Made by a program: the position numbers and the translations under genes. A stretch of 64,000 nucleotides of DNA from a virus (lineage: Duplodnaviria; Caudoviricetes), in IMG/VR virus record IMGVR_UViG_2824233761_000002, positions 7,054-71,053 of that record, one strand, 5' to 3'. A model generated the notes under the pieces. It ran no database searches. It was not told where the DNA came from and was given only the letters and a program-made list of their open reading frames with translations. This document shows positions 1 through 9,528 of the stretch, one piece after another. Position 1 is the stretch's first letter. The number at the start of each line of letters is the position of its first letter.

Positions 1-1
1 G

Positions 2-1390
2 GCCGAGGTCCTCGGCGAGTTCGACGACAAGGACGGCGTGCGGCACTCCAGGTCCGCCGCCGTGGACGGCGCCGCCGTCGTCCTCAAGCCCGCCTTCCCG
101 GGCGCCCACATCACCAGCGTCGCGGCGTCGGCCGCACAGGAGGAGAACACCATGGAGTGCACCAAGTGCAGCAAGGTCCACGCCGAGGGCGTGACCGAGT
201 GCGCGACCCAGGCCGTGGCTGCCGCGTTCACCAAGGCCGACGGCGACCAGCTCATGGAGCAGGTCCAGGGCCTGTCCGAGAAGCTCGCCGAGCTGGAGAA
301 GATCAAGATCCCCGTCGGCCCGGGCGCCGCGCAGTTCCATGTGACCGAGGAGCCGATCTACCGGTTCGCCGGCACCGAGCCTGCCCCGTCCGGTCACGAC
401 TTCGCCACCGACCTCCTGGCCGCCGCCCGTGACGGCGACGCCGCCGCGTTCGCGCGGGTCCAGGAGTTCACCGGGCAGTACCTGGCCCCGACGTTCGCCG
501 ACCAGCCGACCACGACCGCCGACACCGCGGCGCTCAACCCGTCGCAGTACCGACCCGACATGTTCCTCGGCCAGGCGCCGATCCCGGCGAGCCCCCTGTA
601 CGACTTCTTCTACAAGGGGACGCGGACCGACGTCACCCCGTTCTTCTGGTCCAAGCTCGACCGGGCCAACACCGACATCGGGATCGCCGACCACACCGAG
701 GGCGTCGACCCCGAGGACCGCGACCTGGTGACCGTGGTCGGCGACACCGTCACCCCCAAGCCCGTCTCCGGCAAGGTCCACATCACCCGCGAGGTCGCCG
801 ACCAGGGCGGCAACCCCGTGGTCTCCGGGCTGGTCTGGTACGACTTCGAGCGCTCGTTCAAGGTCGCCCTGGAGGCCCGGACTGCCGCGCTGATCCAGGC
901 CGCGACCATCGCCGAGCTGGGCACCGCGATCCCGGCTGGCTCGACCGGCACCGTCGCGGGCGCGGCCGTCGAGGACGGTCTGATCGGGCTCCAGTTCCTC
1001 GCCGACGGCTACCGGTTCCAGCGCGCCTTCGGCCACGTCGACCTCTACAAGGCCCTCGCTGGCGCCACCAAGGGCGACGACAACGCCGACAAGCTGTACC
1101 CGATCATCAACCCCGAGAACGCCACCGGGCAGGCCGCCAGCAAGTGGGCCCACCTGAACATCGGCGGCTACGGCATGTACCCCGCCGCCAGCCTCGGCGC
1201 GACCGACGTCAACCAGAAGTCGATCGTCGCCGACCCCACCGCCGTGCACGTGTGGAACTCCGGCCTAACCCGGCTCGACAAGCTCCAGGAGTCCGTCGAG
1301 GGCTGGGACCTGGGCGTCTTCGCCTACTGGGCCGGGATCGTCTACGACGCCACCGGCCTCCGCAAGATCACGTTCGACAAGAGTGCCTGA
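2..1390 (+). CDS. Prohead protease-major capsid fusion protein (5' partial)
   Basis: Frame is open from nt 2; VVLKPAFPGAHITSVAAS resembles the end of an HK97-type protease and runs without a stop into a capsid-like region; internal ATG at 152 with AGGAG could give a capsid-only product. Confidence 0.75.
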   Translation, partial: AEVLGEFDDKDGVRHSRSAAVDGAAVVLKPAFPGAHITSVAASAAQEENTMECTKCSKVHAEGVTECATQAVAAAFTKADGDQLMEQVQGLSEKLAELEKIKIPVGPGAAQFHVTEEPIYRFAGTEPAPSGHDFATDLLAAARDGDAAAFARVQEFTGQYLAPTFADQPTTTADTAALNPSQYRPDMFLGQAPIPASPLYDFFYKGTRTDVTPFFWSKLDRANTDIGIADHTEGVDPEDRDLVTVVGDTVTPKPVSGKVHITREVADQGGNPVVSGLVWYDFERSFKVALEARTAALIQAATIAELGTAIPAGSTGTVAGAAVEDGLIGLQFLADGYRFQRAFGHVDLYKALAGATKGDDNADKLYPIINPENATGQAASKWAHLNIGGYGMYPAASLGATDVNQKSIVADPTAVHVWNSGLTRLDKLQESVEGWDLGVFAYWAGIVYDATGLRKITFDKSA

Positions 1391-1665
1391 TGAGTGCCGA
1401 TGGGGTCAGCACTGCTGACATCACAGACCAGGCAGGTGCGACATACGTCGCACCTGCGAGCACGTCGCCGAAGCAGCGGGCCGCGAAGGTCGGCACCACG
1501 ATCACGGTCGATGTCCCCAAGGGCGCCGACCGGGTCGAGGTGGTCCGGCCCGACGGCTCCACGGTGAGTGTCCGGGCCCGCCGTGGCCGGGCGGTCTACG
1601 TGCTCGACCGGCCCGGGGTCCACGTGGTGGCCGGCGAGACGGTGCATGCGAAGGCCGGGGGCTGA
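1390..1665 (+). CDS. Small virion-associated protein
   Basis: TGATG coupling to the capsid gene; 91 aa; position in head module. Confidence 0.65.
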   Translation: MSADGVSTADITDQAGATYVAPASTSPKQRAAKVGTTITVDVPKGADRVEVVRPDGSTVSVRARRGRAVYVLDRPGVHVVAGETVHAKAGG

Positions 1666-1668
1666 GCC

Positions 1669-2016
1669 TTGGCCGCCGACCTCTACCTCTACCCGGTGGA
1701 TCGCATCCGCGACTACGTCGGAGAGAGCGTCATCACCAAGCACGGTGCGGCGGCGTTCGACGCCGCCGTCCGCGCCGAGCAGATGACGCAGGCAGGCGCC
1801 TGCCGAGTCCCCGCTGACGATGACGAGACTCCCGAGGCCCAGCAGATCCGCGAAGTCCTGGCCGAGGCACTGTGTCGGCGGGTGGCGGTCAACCTGGCGC
1901 GGCGCGGCCTGCCGCTGGGCATGCAGATGAGCGACGTCGGCCCGGCCCGGCTCACCACCAACGACCCTGAGGTCCGTCGCCTGGAGGGCCCGTACCGAAA
2001 GCTGGTCGTCGGATGA
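1669..2016 (+). CDS. Head-tail connector protein
   Basis: Synteny; EALCRRVAVNLARRGLPLG and DPEVRRLEGPYRKLVVG are typical of actinophage adaptors. Confidence 0.7.
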   Translation: MAADLYLYPVDRIRDYVGESVITKHGAAAFDAAVRAEQMTQAGACRVPADDDETPEAQQIREVLAEALCRRVAVNLARRGLPLGMQMSDVGPARLTTNDPEVRRLEGPYRKLVVG

Positions 2017-2360
2017 GCGCCGCCGAGATCCGGGCCGCGCTCGCCGAGGCGGCCTCCACGGTCGAGGGGGTCGTCTGCACCCCGACCTATGTGCAGCTAT
2101 CTGCCCTCGGCGAGTCCTGCGTGCAACGCGAGCGGATCACCTACCCCAACGTCTTCGGCGGCGTGGGGAGCTGGAACGTCGTGGTCTGCCTGGGCCAGGA
2201 CATGGCGGTCGCAGAGACCTTCTTCGACGACAAGGTGCCTGCCGTCGTCGAGGCGCTGGGGCCGGTCATGCAGGTCAAGAGCGCGGCCCTCAACAAGCTC
2301 AACCTCGTCGACGGCGCGACCGCGCTGGCGGCATTTATCAACGGCTTCCGGGAGGAATGA
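2013..2360 (+). CDS. Head-tail joining / tail terminator protein
   Basis: ATGA overlap; position before the major tail gene. Confidence 0.55.
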   Translation: MSAAEIRAALAEAASTVEGVVCTPTYVQLSALGESCVQRERITYPNVFGGVGSWNVVVCLGQDMAVAETFFDDKVPAVVEALGPVMQVKSAALNKLNLVDGATALAAFINGFREE

Positions 2361-2782
2361 CCATGGTTGCACTCGGCACACGCGAGCTCGAGCTGTCCAT
2401 CGGTGGCGAGGACGTCACCGCGCAGATCACCAACTGCGAGATCCTGTCCAACCCCGCGGAGTCGGAGCAGACCACGTTCGCCGAGGCGAAGACCGGCGGC
2501 CCCCGGAGGTACTCGCTCAAGGGCGTGCTCCTTCAGGACACCTCCGACGGCAGCTTGTGGGATCAGATCTGGTCGGCGGCCGGCACGACCGTCGCGGTGC
2601 TCCTCAAGCCCTACGGCGGTGCCGCGACCGCGGACAAGAAGCACTACTCCGGCAACGTCGTGATCAAGGATCCCGACGGCACCCTGCTCGGTGGCGACGC
2701 CGACGCGTCGACCACCGGCCGGTGGACCGTCGAGATCGAGTGGGACTTCACCGCGAAGCCCACCGCGGTCACCGGCCCCTGA
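2357..2782 (+). CDS. Major tail protein
   Basis: 141 aa beta-rich protein (DVTAQITNCEI...WTVEIEWDFTAKP); synteny. Confidence 0.75.
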   Translation: MTMVALGTRELELSIGGEDVTAQITNCEILSNPAESEQTTFAEAKTGGPRRYSLKGVLLQDTSDGSLWDQIWSAAGTTVAVLLKPYGGAATADKKHYSGNVVIKDPDGTLLGGDADASTTGRWTVEIEWDFTAKPTAVTGP

Positions 2783-2797
2783 TCAGGGGCGGCTGAC

Positions 2798-3181
2798 ATG
2801 GCACGGGCGGCCGGGTTCAAGGTCGAGGGCCTGAACTCGGTCGTCCGCGCCCTCCAGCAGCTCGGCGCCGACGTCGAAGACCTCAAGGACGTCTTCAGCG
2901 AGATCGCCGCCACGGGCGCCGACATCGCCGCCGACCACATCGATAGCGACACCGGTCGCGCCGCCTCCACGGTGCGCGGGAACCGCGCCAAGAACAAGGC
3001 CGTTGTCGCCGCCGGCTCCGCATCGGTGCCCTACCTCGGAGTCATCAACTACGGCTGGCCCGAGCGCGGCATCGAAGCCCAGGAGTTCATGCAGAGCGCC
3101 GACGACCAGCTCCAGCCCATCGCCGTCCAGCTCCTCGAGGACGGCATCAACGCCAAGATCAAGGAGAAGAACTTCCGATGA
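2798..3181 (+). CDS. HK97 gp10-like neck protein
   Basis: VEGLNSVVRAL, DTGRAASTVR and PYLGVINYGWP motifs. Confidence 0.7.
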   Translation: MARAAGFKVEGLNSVVRALQQLGADVEDLKDVFSEIAATGADIAADHIDSDTGRAASTVRGNRAKNKAVVAAGSASVPYLGVINYGWPERGIEAQEFMQSADDQLQPIAVQLLEDGINAKIKEKNFR

Positions 3182-3537
3182 CCACCACACCCCAGTCCAC
3201 CGCCCCCGCTCCGCAGACCGAGCTGTCGCTGTCGGAGGTCATCGACGGCATGGACGGCTTCGACGAGCTGGCCGTGGAGAAGCACTTCGACGACTTCAAC
3301 GTCTACGACGTCGTCGGCGCCCAGGGCGGCGCCCGGCCCCGCGACATGGTCAAGGCCCTGCGTGTCGGGGTCTTCCTGGTCCGCCGCACCGAGGGCGCCA
3401 ACGACAAGGACGCCTACCAGGCCGCGATGAAGATGCCGGGCAAGAAGCTCCACGAGTTCTTCCCCGACGACCCCGAGGAGATCGACCCCGACGACCCGGA
3501 CACGGACGCGGGAAAAGACGACTCCGAGCCCGCCTGA
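3178..3537 (+). CDS. Tail assembly chaperone (short form; -1 frameshift product ends at 3668)
   Basis: Lies before TMP; slippery G_GGA_AAA at 3510-3516; -1 frame open to 3668. Confidence 0.8.
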   Translation: MTTTPQSTAPAPQTELSLSEVIDGMDGFDELAVEKHFDDFNVYDVVGAQGGARPRDMVKALRVGVFLVRRTEGANDKDAYQAAMKMPGKKLHEFFPDDPEEIDPDDPDTDAGKDDSEPA

Positions 3538-3667
3538 GGGCCTACGACACGGGGATGTGGTGCTTCATCACCCGACAGCCCCCCGAGGTCTACCAGCGGC
3601 TCACCCGGCTGGAGCGTGAGCAGTTCGCCAAGGCCGCGATCGACGCGGCGAAGAAAGGGTGGGTGTG

Positions 3668-6430
3668 ATGGCCGGTCCGATCCGGATCTCCGTCCTGGCG
3701 AACGCCTCCCAGGCCAACCGCACGTTCGCCTCGGTCGGCACCACCGTGAACGGCGTCTCCGCCCGCGTCGGCCGCGCCGGCAAGGTCATGGGCCTGGCCG
3801 TTGCCGCCGGTGCAGCGGTGGCCGGCGTCGCGGCGCTGAAGTTCGGCAAGGACTCGGTCAAGGCCGCCAGCGACGCCCAGCAGTCCCTCGGCGCGACCGA
3901 GACCGTGTTCGGCCGGTACGCCGACACAGTCATCGCCCGCTCCAACAAGGCTGCCCGCGCGATCGGCCTCAGTGCGAACGAGTACCGCGAACTGTCCAAC
4001 GTCGTCGGCGCCTCACTGACCGGTGCCGGCGTGCCGCTCAAGAAGACGACGGCCCTCACCGACCAGCTCAACCGCCGGGCCAGCGACATGGCCGCCACGT
4101 TCGGTGGCACCACCCGCGAGGCCGTCGAATCGATCTCCTCGCTGATGCGGGGCGAGGCCGACCCGATCGAGCGCTACGGCGTCTCGATCAAGCAGGTCGA
4201 CGTCAACGCCCGACTCGCGGCCAAGGGCCAGGACAAGCTCACCGGCGCCGCGCTCAAGTCCGCCGAGATGCAGGCCCGGCTCGACCTGCTGATGCAGAAG
4301 ACCGCCCGCACCCAGGGCGCGTTCGCCCGCGAGGGCAACACCCTGGCCCACCAGCAGCAGGTGCTGGGCGCCCAGTGGGAGAACCTGAAGGCCCGGGTCG
4401 GGTCCGCGCTGCTGCCCGTGCTGACCCGGCTGCTGACCCTGGTCAACGACAACCTCGGCCCCGCGTTCAACGCCGTCGTGGGCTACCTCGCGCCCCTGGT
4501 CGCCCGGTTCAAGGACCTCACCGGAGGCGCCAACGGCAGCAACGCCGCAGTCGCGGCCATCACCGCGTTCTTCACCGGCCGGCTGATCCCCGCCGTCCAG
4601 GCCGTCATCGGCGCCTACCAGCGGTTCTACGCCACCTTCATCCCGATCATCGAGCAGGTCGCCGCGGCCATCGCCGCGAAGTGGTCGACCATCGCCCCGC
4701 AGGTCCAGGCGATCTGGGACTCGGTGAAGAACATCATCACCAGCGCCCTGTCGATCGTGCAGTCCGTCGTCACGGCCGCGACCGCCGTGGTGCTCGCAGT
4801 GTGGGGCAAGTTCGGCGCGACCATGACGAAGTTCACCGCCACCGCGCTCGGGAACCTCGTCACCACCCTGCGCGGCGCGTTCAAGATCATCGAGGGCGTC
4901 TTCAAGGTCGTCTCCTCCGCGCTGCGGGGCGACTGGAAGGGCGTGTGGGACGGAATCAAGAAGATCCTGTCCGGCGCCCTGACGGTCATCAAGGGCAGCC
5001 TGGCGCAGGCATGGAACCTGATCCGCACCGCCGCCTCGGTCGCCTGGTCCGCGCTGAAGGTCATCATCGCCAAGGCGTGGGAGGGTGCCAAGGCCGCGGT
5101 CCGCAACGGCATCCGCGGCTCGGTGCAGCTCGTCACCGCGCTGCCCGCCAAGATCGTCGGCGCGATCCCCAAGCCGCGGACCATCCTGTCCGAGGTCGGC
5201 GGGTTCATCATCGAGGGCCTGCGCAACGGCATCTCCGCCGCCGGTCACCTCGTCACCGACGCGGTCGAGGCGATCGTCAACAAGATCCCCAAGAAGATCC
5301 GCCAGATGATGGGGATCGCGTCCCCCTCGAAGGTGATGCGTGCCCTGGCCCGGTGGATCCCCGCCGGCATCGCCCGCGGCATCCTCGACGGCCTCGACGG
5401 CATCAAGGCCGCGATCGACGCCGTCGGCCGCTTCATCACCAAGACCCTGGACCGCCAGCTCGCCGCCCGCGAGAAGGCGATCAAGAAGCGGCTGGACGGC
5501 AAGGCCGAGACCAAGGCCCTCAAGCGGATCCGGATCGAGTGGGACCGCCACTCCAAGACCGTCGTGCGGTCGGTGCGCGACGAGAACGCCGCGCTGGCCG
5601 CCAACGGCCGCGCCCAGGACCGGCTCACCGCACGACTGGAGAAGGCCACGACCGCGCTCGACGCGGCCCGGCAGGCGTACTTCGACTACGCCGCCGCGGT
5701 CAAGGACGCCGTGGTCGACACCGGGGGCCTGTTCGCCCTGGCCGAAGCCGAGGGAAGCGACGGGTCGCTCGCCTCGATCATCGCCGGCCGCACCGAGGCA
5801 CTCGCCAAGGCCGAGCAGTGGGCCAAGGTCATCAACTCCCTGCGCGGTCGGCTCAACGACACCGACCTGCGCGAGCTGATCGACAAGGGCGTCGCCGGGC
5901 TCGCCACCGCCGAGGCCATCGCCTCAGGCGGACCCGACGCCATCATCGCGCTCAACGCCCTGCAGGACCGCCTCTCCGCGGTCGGGAAGAGCGTCGGGCT
6001 CAGTGCAGCGGACCAGTTCTACGGCGCCGGAGTCGAGGCCGCCCGCGCCACCGCCGCCGGCCTGGAGTCCCAGGCCGACAAGCTCGACAAGGCAGCTAAG
6101 AAGCTCGCCAAGGCCCTGATGAAGGCCGTGAGGAAGGCCCTGGCCGAGGAGCTGAACGGCAAGACCGGCGGCAAGAAGACCCAGGGCCTCCAGATCGACG
6201 TCGACCAGACCCACGCCCGCCGTCAGGGCGCCGCGCTGGCCACCAGCCTCCGCAGGGGCTTCGGCGTCCCCGCCCTCGACGCCTGGGCCACCAGTGGCGG
6301 CGCACAGGCCCGCGAGCAGCGCTTCTCGATCCAGTTCACCGCCGACCAGGTCGACCAGCTGATCCGCGGCGGCCGCGTCGACGCCGACATCACCGCCTAC
6401 CACCGGGCCGGAGGAAGGACCCTCACGTGA
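3668..6430 (+). CDS. Tape measure protein
   Basis: ~920 aa Ala-rich helical protein; MAGPIRISVLANASQA start; GIASPSKVM motif. Confidence 0.9.
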   Translation: MAGPIRISVLANASQANRTFASVGTTVNGVSARVGRAGKVMGLAVAAGAAVAGVAALKFGKDSVKAASDAQQSLGATETVFGRYADTVIARSNKAARAIGLSANEYRELSNVVGASLTGAGVPLKKTTALTDQLNRRASDMAATFGGTTREAVESISSLMRGEADPIERYGVSIKQVDVNARLAAKGQDKLTGAALKSAEMQARLDLLMQKTARTQGAFAREGNTLAHQQQVLGAQWENLKARVGSALLPVLTRLLTLVNDNLGPAFNAVVGYLAPLVARFKDLTGGANGSNAAVAAITAFFTGRLIPAVQAVIGAYQRFYATFIPIIEQVAAAIAAKWSTIAPQVQAIWDSVKNIITSALSIVQSVVTAATAVVLAVWGKFGATMTKFTATALGNLVTTLRGAFKIIEGVFKVVSSALRGDWKGVWDGIKKILSGALTVIKGSLAQAWNLIRTAASVAWSALKVIIAKAWEGAKAAVRNGIRGSVQLVTALPAKIVGAIPKPRTILSEVGGFIIEGLRNGISAAGHLVTDAVEAIVNKIPKKIRQMMGIASPSKVMRALARWIPAGIARGILDGLDGIKAAIDAVGRFITKTLDRQLAAREKAIKKRLDGKAETKALKRIRIEWDRHSKTVVRSVRDENAALAANGRAQDRLTARLEKATTALDAARQAYFDYAAAVKDAVVDTGGLFALAEAEGSDGSLASIIAGRTEALAKAEQWAKVINSLRGRLNDTDLRELIDKGVAGLATAEAIASGGPDAIIALNALQDRLSAVGKSVGLSAADQFYGAGVEAARATAAGLESQADKLDKAAKKLAKALMKAVRKALAEELNGKTGGKKTQGLQIDVDQTHARRQGAALATSLRRGFGVPALDAWATSGGAQAREQRFSIQFTADQVDQLIRGGRVDADITAYHRAGGRTLT

Positions 6431-8331
6431 GCAGCCAGACGTTCCACACCCTCGACGTGCTCCGCCTCGAGGTCGAGCAGCCACCCGCCACCGGCCTGCG
6501 GAACCGGATCAAGAACCCCGACGGCGTCGGCGGCGGCTGGGGCTGGATCACCCCCCAGACGAACCAGAACATCGGCGGCCTGGTCGACGGCTCCGGCCCC
6601 TACCTGTCGTTCGCCTCGATGGACACGTTCATGCCCGGGGAGTTCGGGTCCGAGCCCATCCCCGCCCGGCCCGGCCAGTGGGTCAACTGGCGCGCCGAGG
6701 TCCGGTCCACCAACCGCAGCTACCAGATCGGCCTCCAGCACCTCAACGCCGACGGGACCGTCGTCGGTGGGTTCATGCTGCTGGCCTCTACCGCCACCGG
6801 CGTCCGGTCCGGGTCCGCACACCAGATCACCGACCCCACCGTCGTCGCCGTCCGCCTCCGCGCCTACCAGGTCGGCGGAGGCGCGCCGCCCTGGGGCTTC
6901 TCCTGGCGCAAGGCGATGGTCGCGGTCGAGGACACCAACACCGGCATGACCGGCATGGCCTACACCGAGACCCAGTGGGTCAACATCCTCGGCAAGTCCC
7001 ACAGCGTCCAGATCGAGCGGTCAGAGCTCAACCTCGGCATCCTCGCCGCGGTCGTCTACGACGCCGACCTCGACCCCGCCCAGGCCGGCGTCCACCTCGG
7101 CCAGGGCATCCGCGCCCACGCCCTCGTCGCAGGCTCCTGGGAGCCCCTGCACGTCGGGTCGCTGACCAACGCCCGCGCCGAGTACAACCCCCTGGCCACC
7201 GACGTCGACAAGCGCGCCAAGATCACCCTCACCGCCACCGACGCCGCCGGCACCCTGGGCCGGGTCCCGCGCCCCGACGGCGTGGCCACCATCCCCGACC
7301 TCATCGGCGTCCTGGAGGGCGCCGGAGTCCCGTGGAACATCAACGGCTCCACCAGCCAGCGGTTCCCCGGACCCACCGTCTCGACCAACCCCGACGCCCG
7401 CGCGATCGACCAGGTCGCGATCACCCGCGACACCGTCCACGGCTACGCCTGGATCTCCCGGGCCGGGGTGCTCACCGCCTGGGACGCCGACCAGCTCCCC
7501 ACCGGCGTGGCCGCGGTCCTCGACGAGGACGACATGACCGCCCTCTCGATCGACTACGACACCGACCGGTGTATCAACATCGTCACGGTCAAGTACCTCC
7601 GGCCGGGCGGCGAGGAGGTCACCTACGGCCCCTACGTCGACCAGGCCAGCCGCGAGCAGTGGGGCGAGCACACCGCCGAGTTCACCGTCCACGGCATCCC
7701 CGAGACCGAAGCCAACATGGCCGCGTTCGCCAACGCCGTGTTCGCCGCCAACGCCACACCCCAGCGGCGCGTCAACACCGTCACCCTCCCGGTCCGCACC
7801 CCGGCCGAGCTGCCCAAGACGCTGCTCGACCTCTACGACCTCGTCACCGTCCAGAACGCCGACCTCGACCTCGACCAGTCGATGCGGATCACCGGCGTGC
7901 GGCACCAGATCGCCACCGACCGATGGTCGGTCACCCTCGAGTTCGCCGCCCAGGGCGGGGTCGCACCGCCCCAGCAGACCCCATCAGCGGGCCCGACGGT
8001 GGCTGCCGGAGCGGGTGAGTGGGTCGCCGCGGCTCCGACGAACGGGTGGACCGGCGCGGTCTACTACAACGTCGCGGACGGCATGTGCACGGCGATCCTC
8101 GACCTGTTCAAGACGGCGTGGGGTGCCGAGGTCATGGCCCAGCTCCCACCAGGCGCCATCCCCAAACCGGCGTTGCCCGCGGGCATGTACTTCTACGGGC
8201 TGTCGCGGGACACCGGCGCGCAGGCGCCGTTCTGGGTGGGCGTCGGCGGTGACATCGGCTGTGTCTTCGGGTCCGCCGTCACTGGTGGCGGCGGGATCAC
8301 CGGAACCATCACCTACCCCGTGCGCCGATAA
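6427..8331 (+). CDS. Minor tail protein
   Basis: 634 aa directly after TMP; C-terminal GTITYPV tail-fibre-like end. Confidence 0.75.
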   Translation: MSSQTFHTLDVLRLEVEQPPATGLRNRIKNPDGVGGGWGWITPQTNQNIGGLVDGSGPYLSFASMDTFMPGEFGSEPIPARPGQWVNWRAEVRSTNRSYQIGLQHLNADGTVVGGFMLLASTATGVRSGSAHQITDPTVVAVRLRAYQVGGGAPPWGFSWRKAMVAVEDTNTGMTGMAYTETQWVNILGKSHSVQIERSELNLGILAAVVYDADLDPAQAGVHLGQGIRAHALVAGSWEPLHVGSLTNARAEYNPLATDVDKRAKITLTATDAAGTLGRVPRPDGVATIPDLIGVLEGAGVPWNINGSTSQRFPGPTVSTNPDARAIDQVAITRDTVHGYAWISRAGVLTAWDADQLPTGVAAVLDEDDMTALSIDYDTDRCINIVTVKYLRPGGEEVTYGPYVDQASREQWGEHTAEFTVHGIPETEANMAAFANAVFAANATPQRRVNTVTLPVRTPAELPKTLLDLYDLVTVQNADLDLDQSMRITGVRHQIATDRWSVTLEFAAQGGVAPPQQTPSAGPTVAAGAGEWVAAAPTNGWTGAVYYNVADGMCTAILDLFKTAWGAEVMAQLPPGAIPKPALPAGMYFYGLSRDTGAQAPFWVGVGGDIGCVFGSAVTGGGGITGTITYPVRR

Positions 8332-8368
8332 GTGCTGCTCACCCCGTCCCCCCGAGAGAGGAACCCGC

Positions 8369-8620
8369 ATGACCTGGTACACCCGCCGCAGCTGGCGAGC
8401 CCGATCCGGGTCCGCGTGTTCATCGACGGCATCCAGATGGGCGACGCGGTCATCATCCCGGCCAGCACCGGTCAGCACCGGTCAGCACTACGCGGTGATC
8501 CCGCTCACCGGCCGAGTCCAGGTCTCTGCCGGGACCCACTACGTGCAGTTCGTCTCCGCCGGTGGGTTCTCCAACGGCGACGACTTCGGGTCCTTCTACG
8601 GCGTCGTCACCCCCACCTGA
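8369..8620 (+). pseudogene. Chimeric remnant: amidase-like endolysin N-terminal stub joined to a tail-fibre C-terminal fragment
   Basis: RBS GAGAGG then MTWYTRRSWRARSG (PGRP/amidase-like start); abrupt switch at ~8410 to VRVFIDGIQMGDAVIIPASTGQH; 10-bp duplication at 8463-8482. Confidence 0.55.
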
Positions 8621-8622
8621 CC

Positions 8623-9342
8623 ATGACCGCCACCGTCGCCGAGACCGCCACCCTCGCCTGGGGCTACACCATGGCCGACGTGGACAGGCTCGCCCGCTTT
8701 ACGGCACGCATCCGCAACACCTCGCTCGTCGGCTTCGATGAGCGCTACGAGACGGCCTGGCTCGCAATCATCGAGCGCCTGTACGACGGCCCGGAGATGC
8801 CCACCAGCGAAGACCTCATCCAGGTCGGCAAGGGCGCCATCCGCGACGAGGTCAACGCGCTGCTCCATCACCGCGGCATCAACAACTACACCTACCAGGA
8901 CACGCCGAACTCCTGGAAGTACTGGAGCGTCATCTCAGCCGCCGACGAAGACTTCACAGGCCGACTCGTCGAGCGCCTCGCGCTCCCACAGGTGCTCGCC
9001 CTGCTCACCCCTGGCGAGTACGAGGCCATCGCCGCCCTAGCCGCCAACGGCACCCAGGCTGCTGCTGCCGCTGCGGTCGGGATCAAGCCGTCGGCGTTCA
9101 CCGCCCGTATCGCTCGGGCGCGCCAGCGGATCATTGAGGCGTGGTTCGAGCACGAGACCCCGCGAAAGTCGACCACGAAGGGCAACGACATCGCGTGTAG
9201 CGCCGGACACCCGCGGGCCACTCACAGCACGAAAGACAGCCTCGGCCACTGGGATTGCCGCACCTGCCGTCGGAGACGAGACCTAGCGGGCTACCACCGC
9301 CGCAAGCCGCTGGCCAAGACGTCTGCCGCCGCCCTGGACTAG
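8623..9342 (+). CDS. Sigma-70-like factor with C-terminal Cys/His zinc-binding motif
   Basis: ERYETAWLAIIE (region 2-like); LALLTPGEYEAIAALA...AAVGIKPSAFTARIARARQRI (region 4 HTH); C-x2-GH...CRTC tail. Confidence 0.65.
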   Translation: MTATVAETATLAWGYTMADVDRLARFTARIRNTSLVGFDERYETAWLAIIERLYDGPEMPTSEDLIQVGKGAIRDEVNALLHHRGINNYTYQDTPNSWKYWSVISAADEDFTGRLVERLALPQVLALLTPGEYEAIAALAANGTQAAAAAAVGIKPSAFTARIARARQRIIEAWFEHETPRKSTTKGNDIACSAGHPRATHSTKDSLGHWDCRTCRRRRDLAGYHRRKPLAKTSAAALD

Positions 9343-9450
9343 CCGGCCCGCGCCACTGGTCGGCGTTTCATGGGATCCCATGAGGTGCTGGTCGGCGTAC
9401 AGCCCACGCTCAGCGCACGCGTTTGCGCAGGTCAGAACCGGCGTACACCA

Positions 9451-9482
9451 AGAACGCCCCCGGCCGAAGCCAGGGGCGTTCT
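9451..9482. terminator. Intrinsic terminator-like hairpin
   Basis: AGAACGCCCC...GGGGCGTTCT 10-bp stem between convergent genes. Confidence 0.6.
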
Positions 9483-9528
9483 GGTGAGGTGACCAAGGGG
9501 TGTACACACTGCGTACCCCCTCTCTCGG

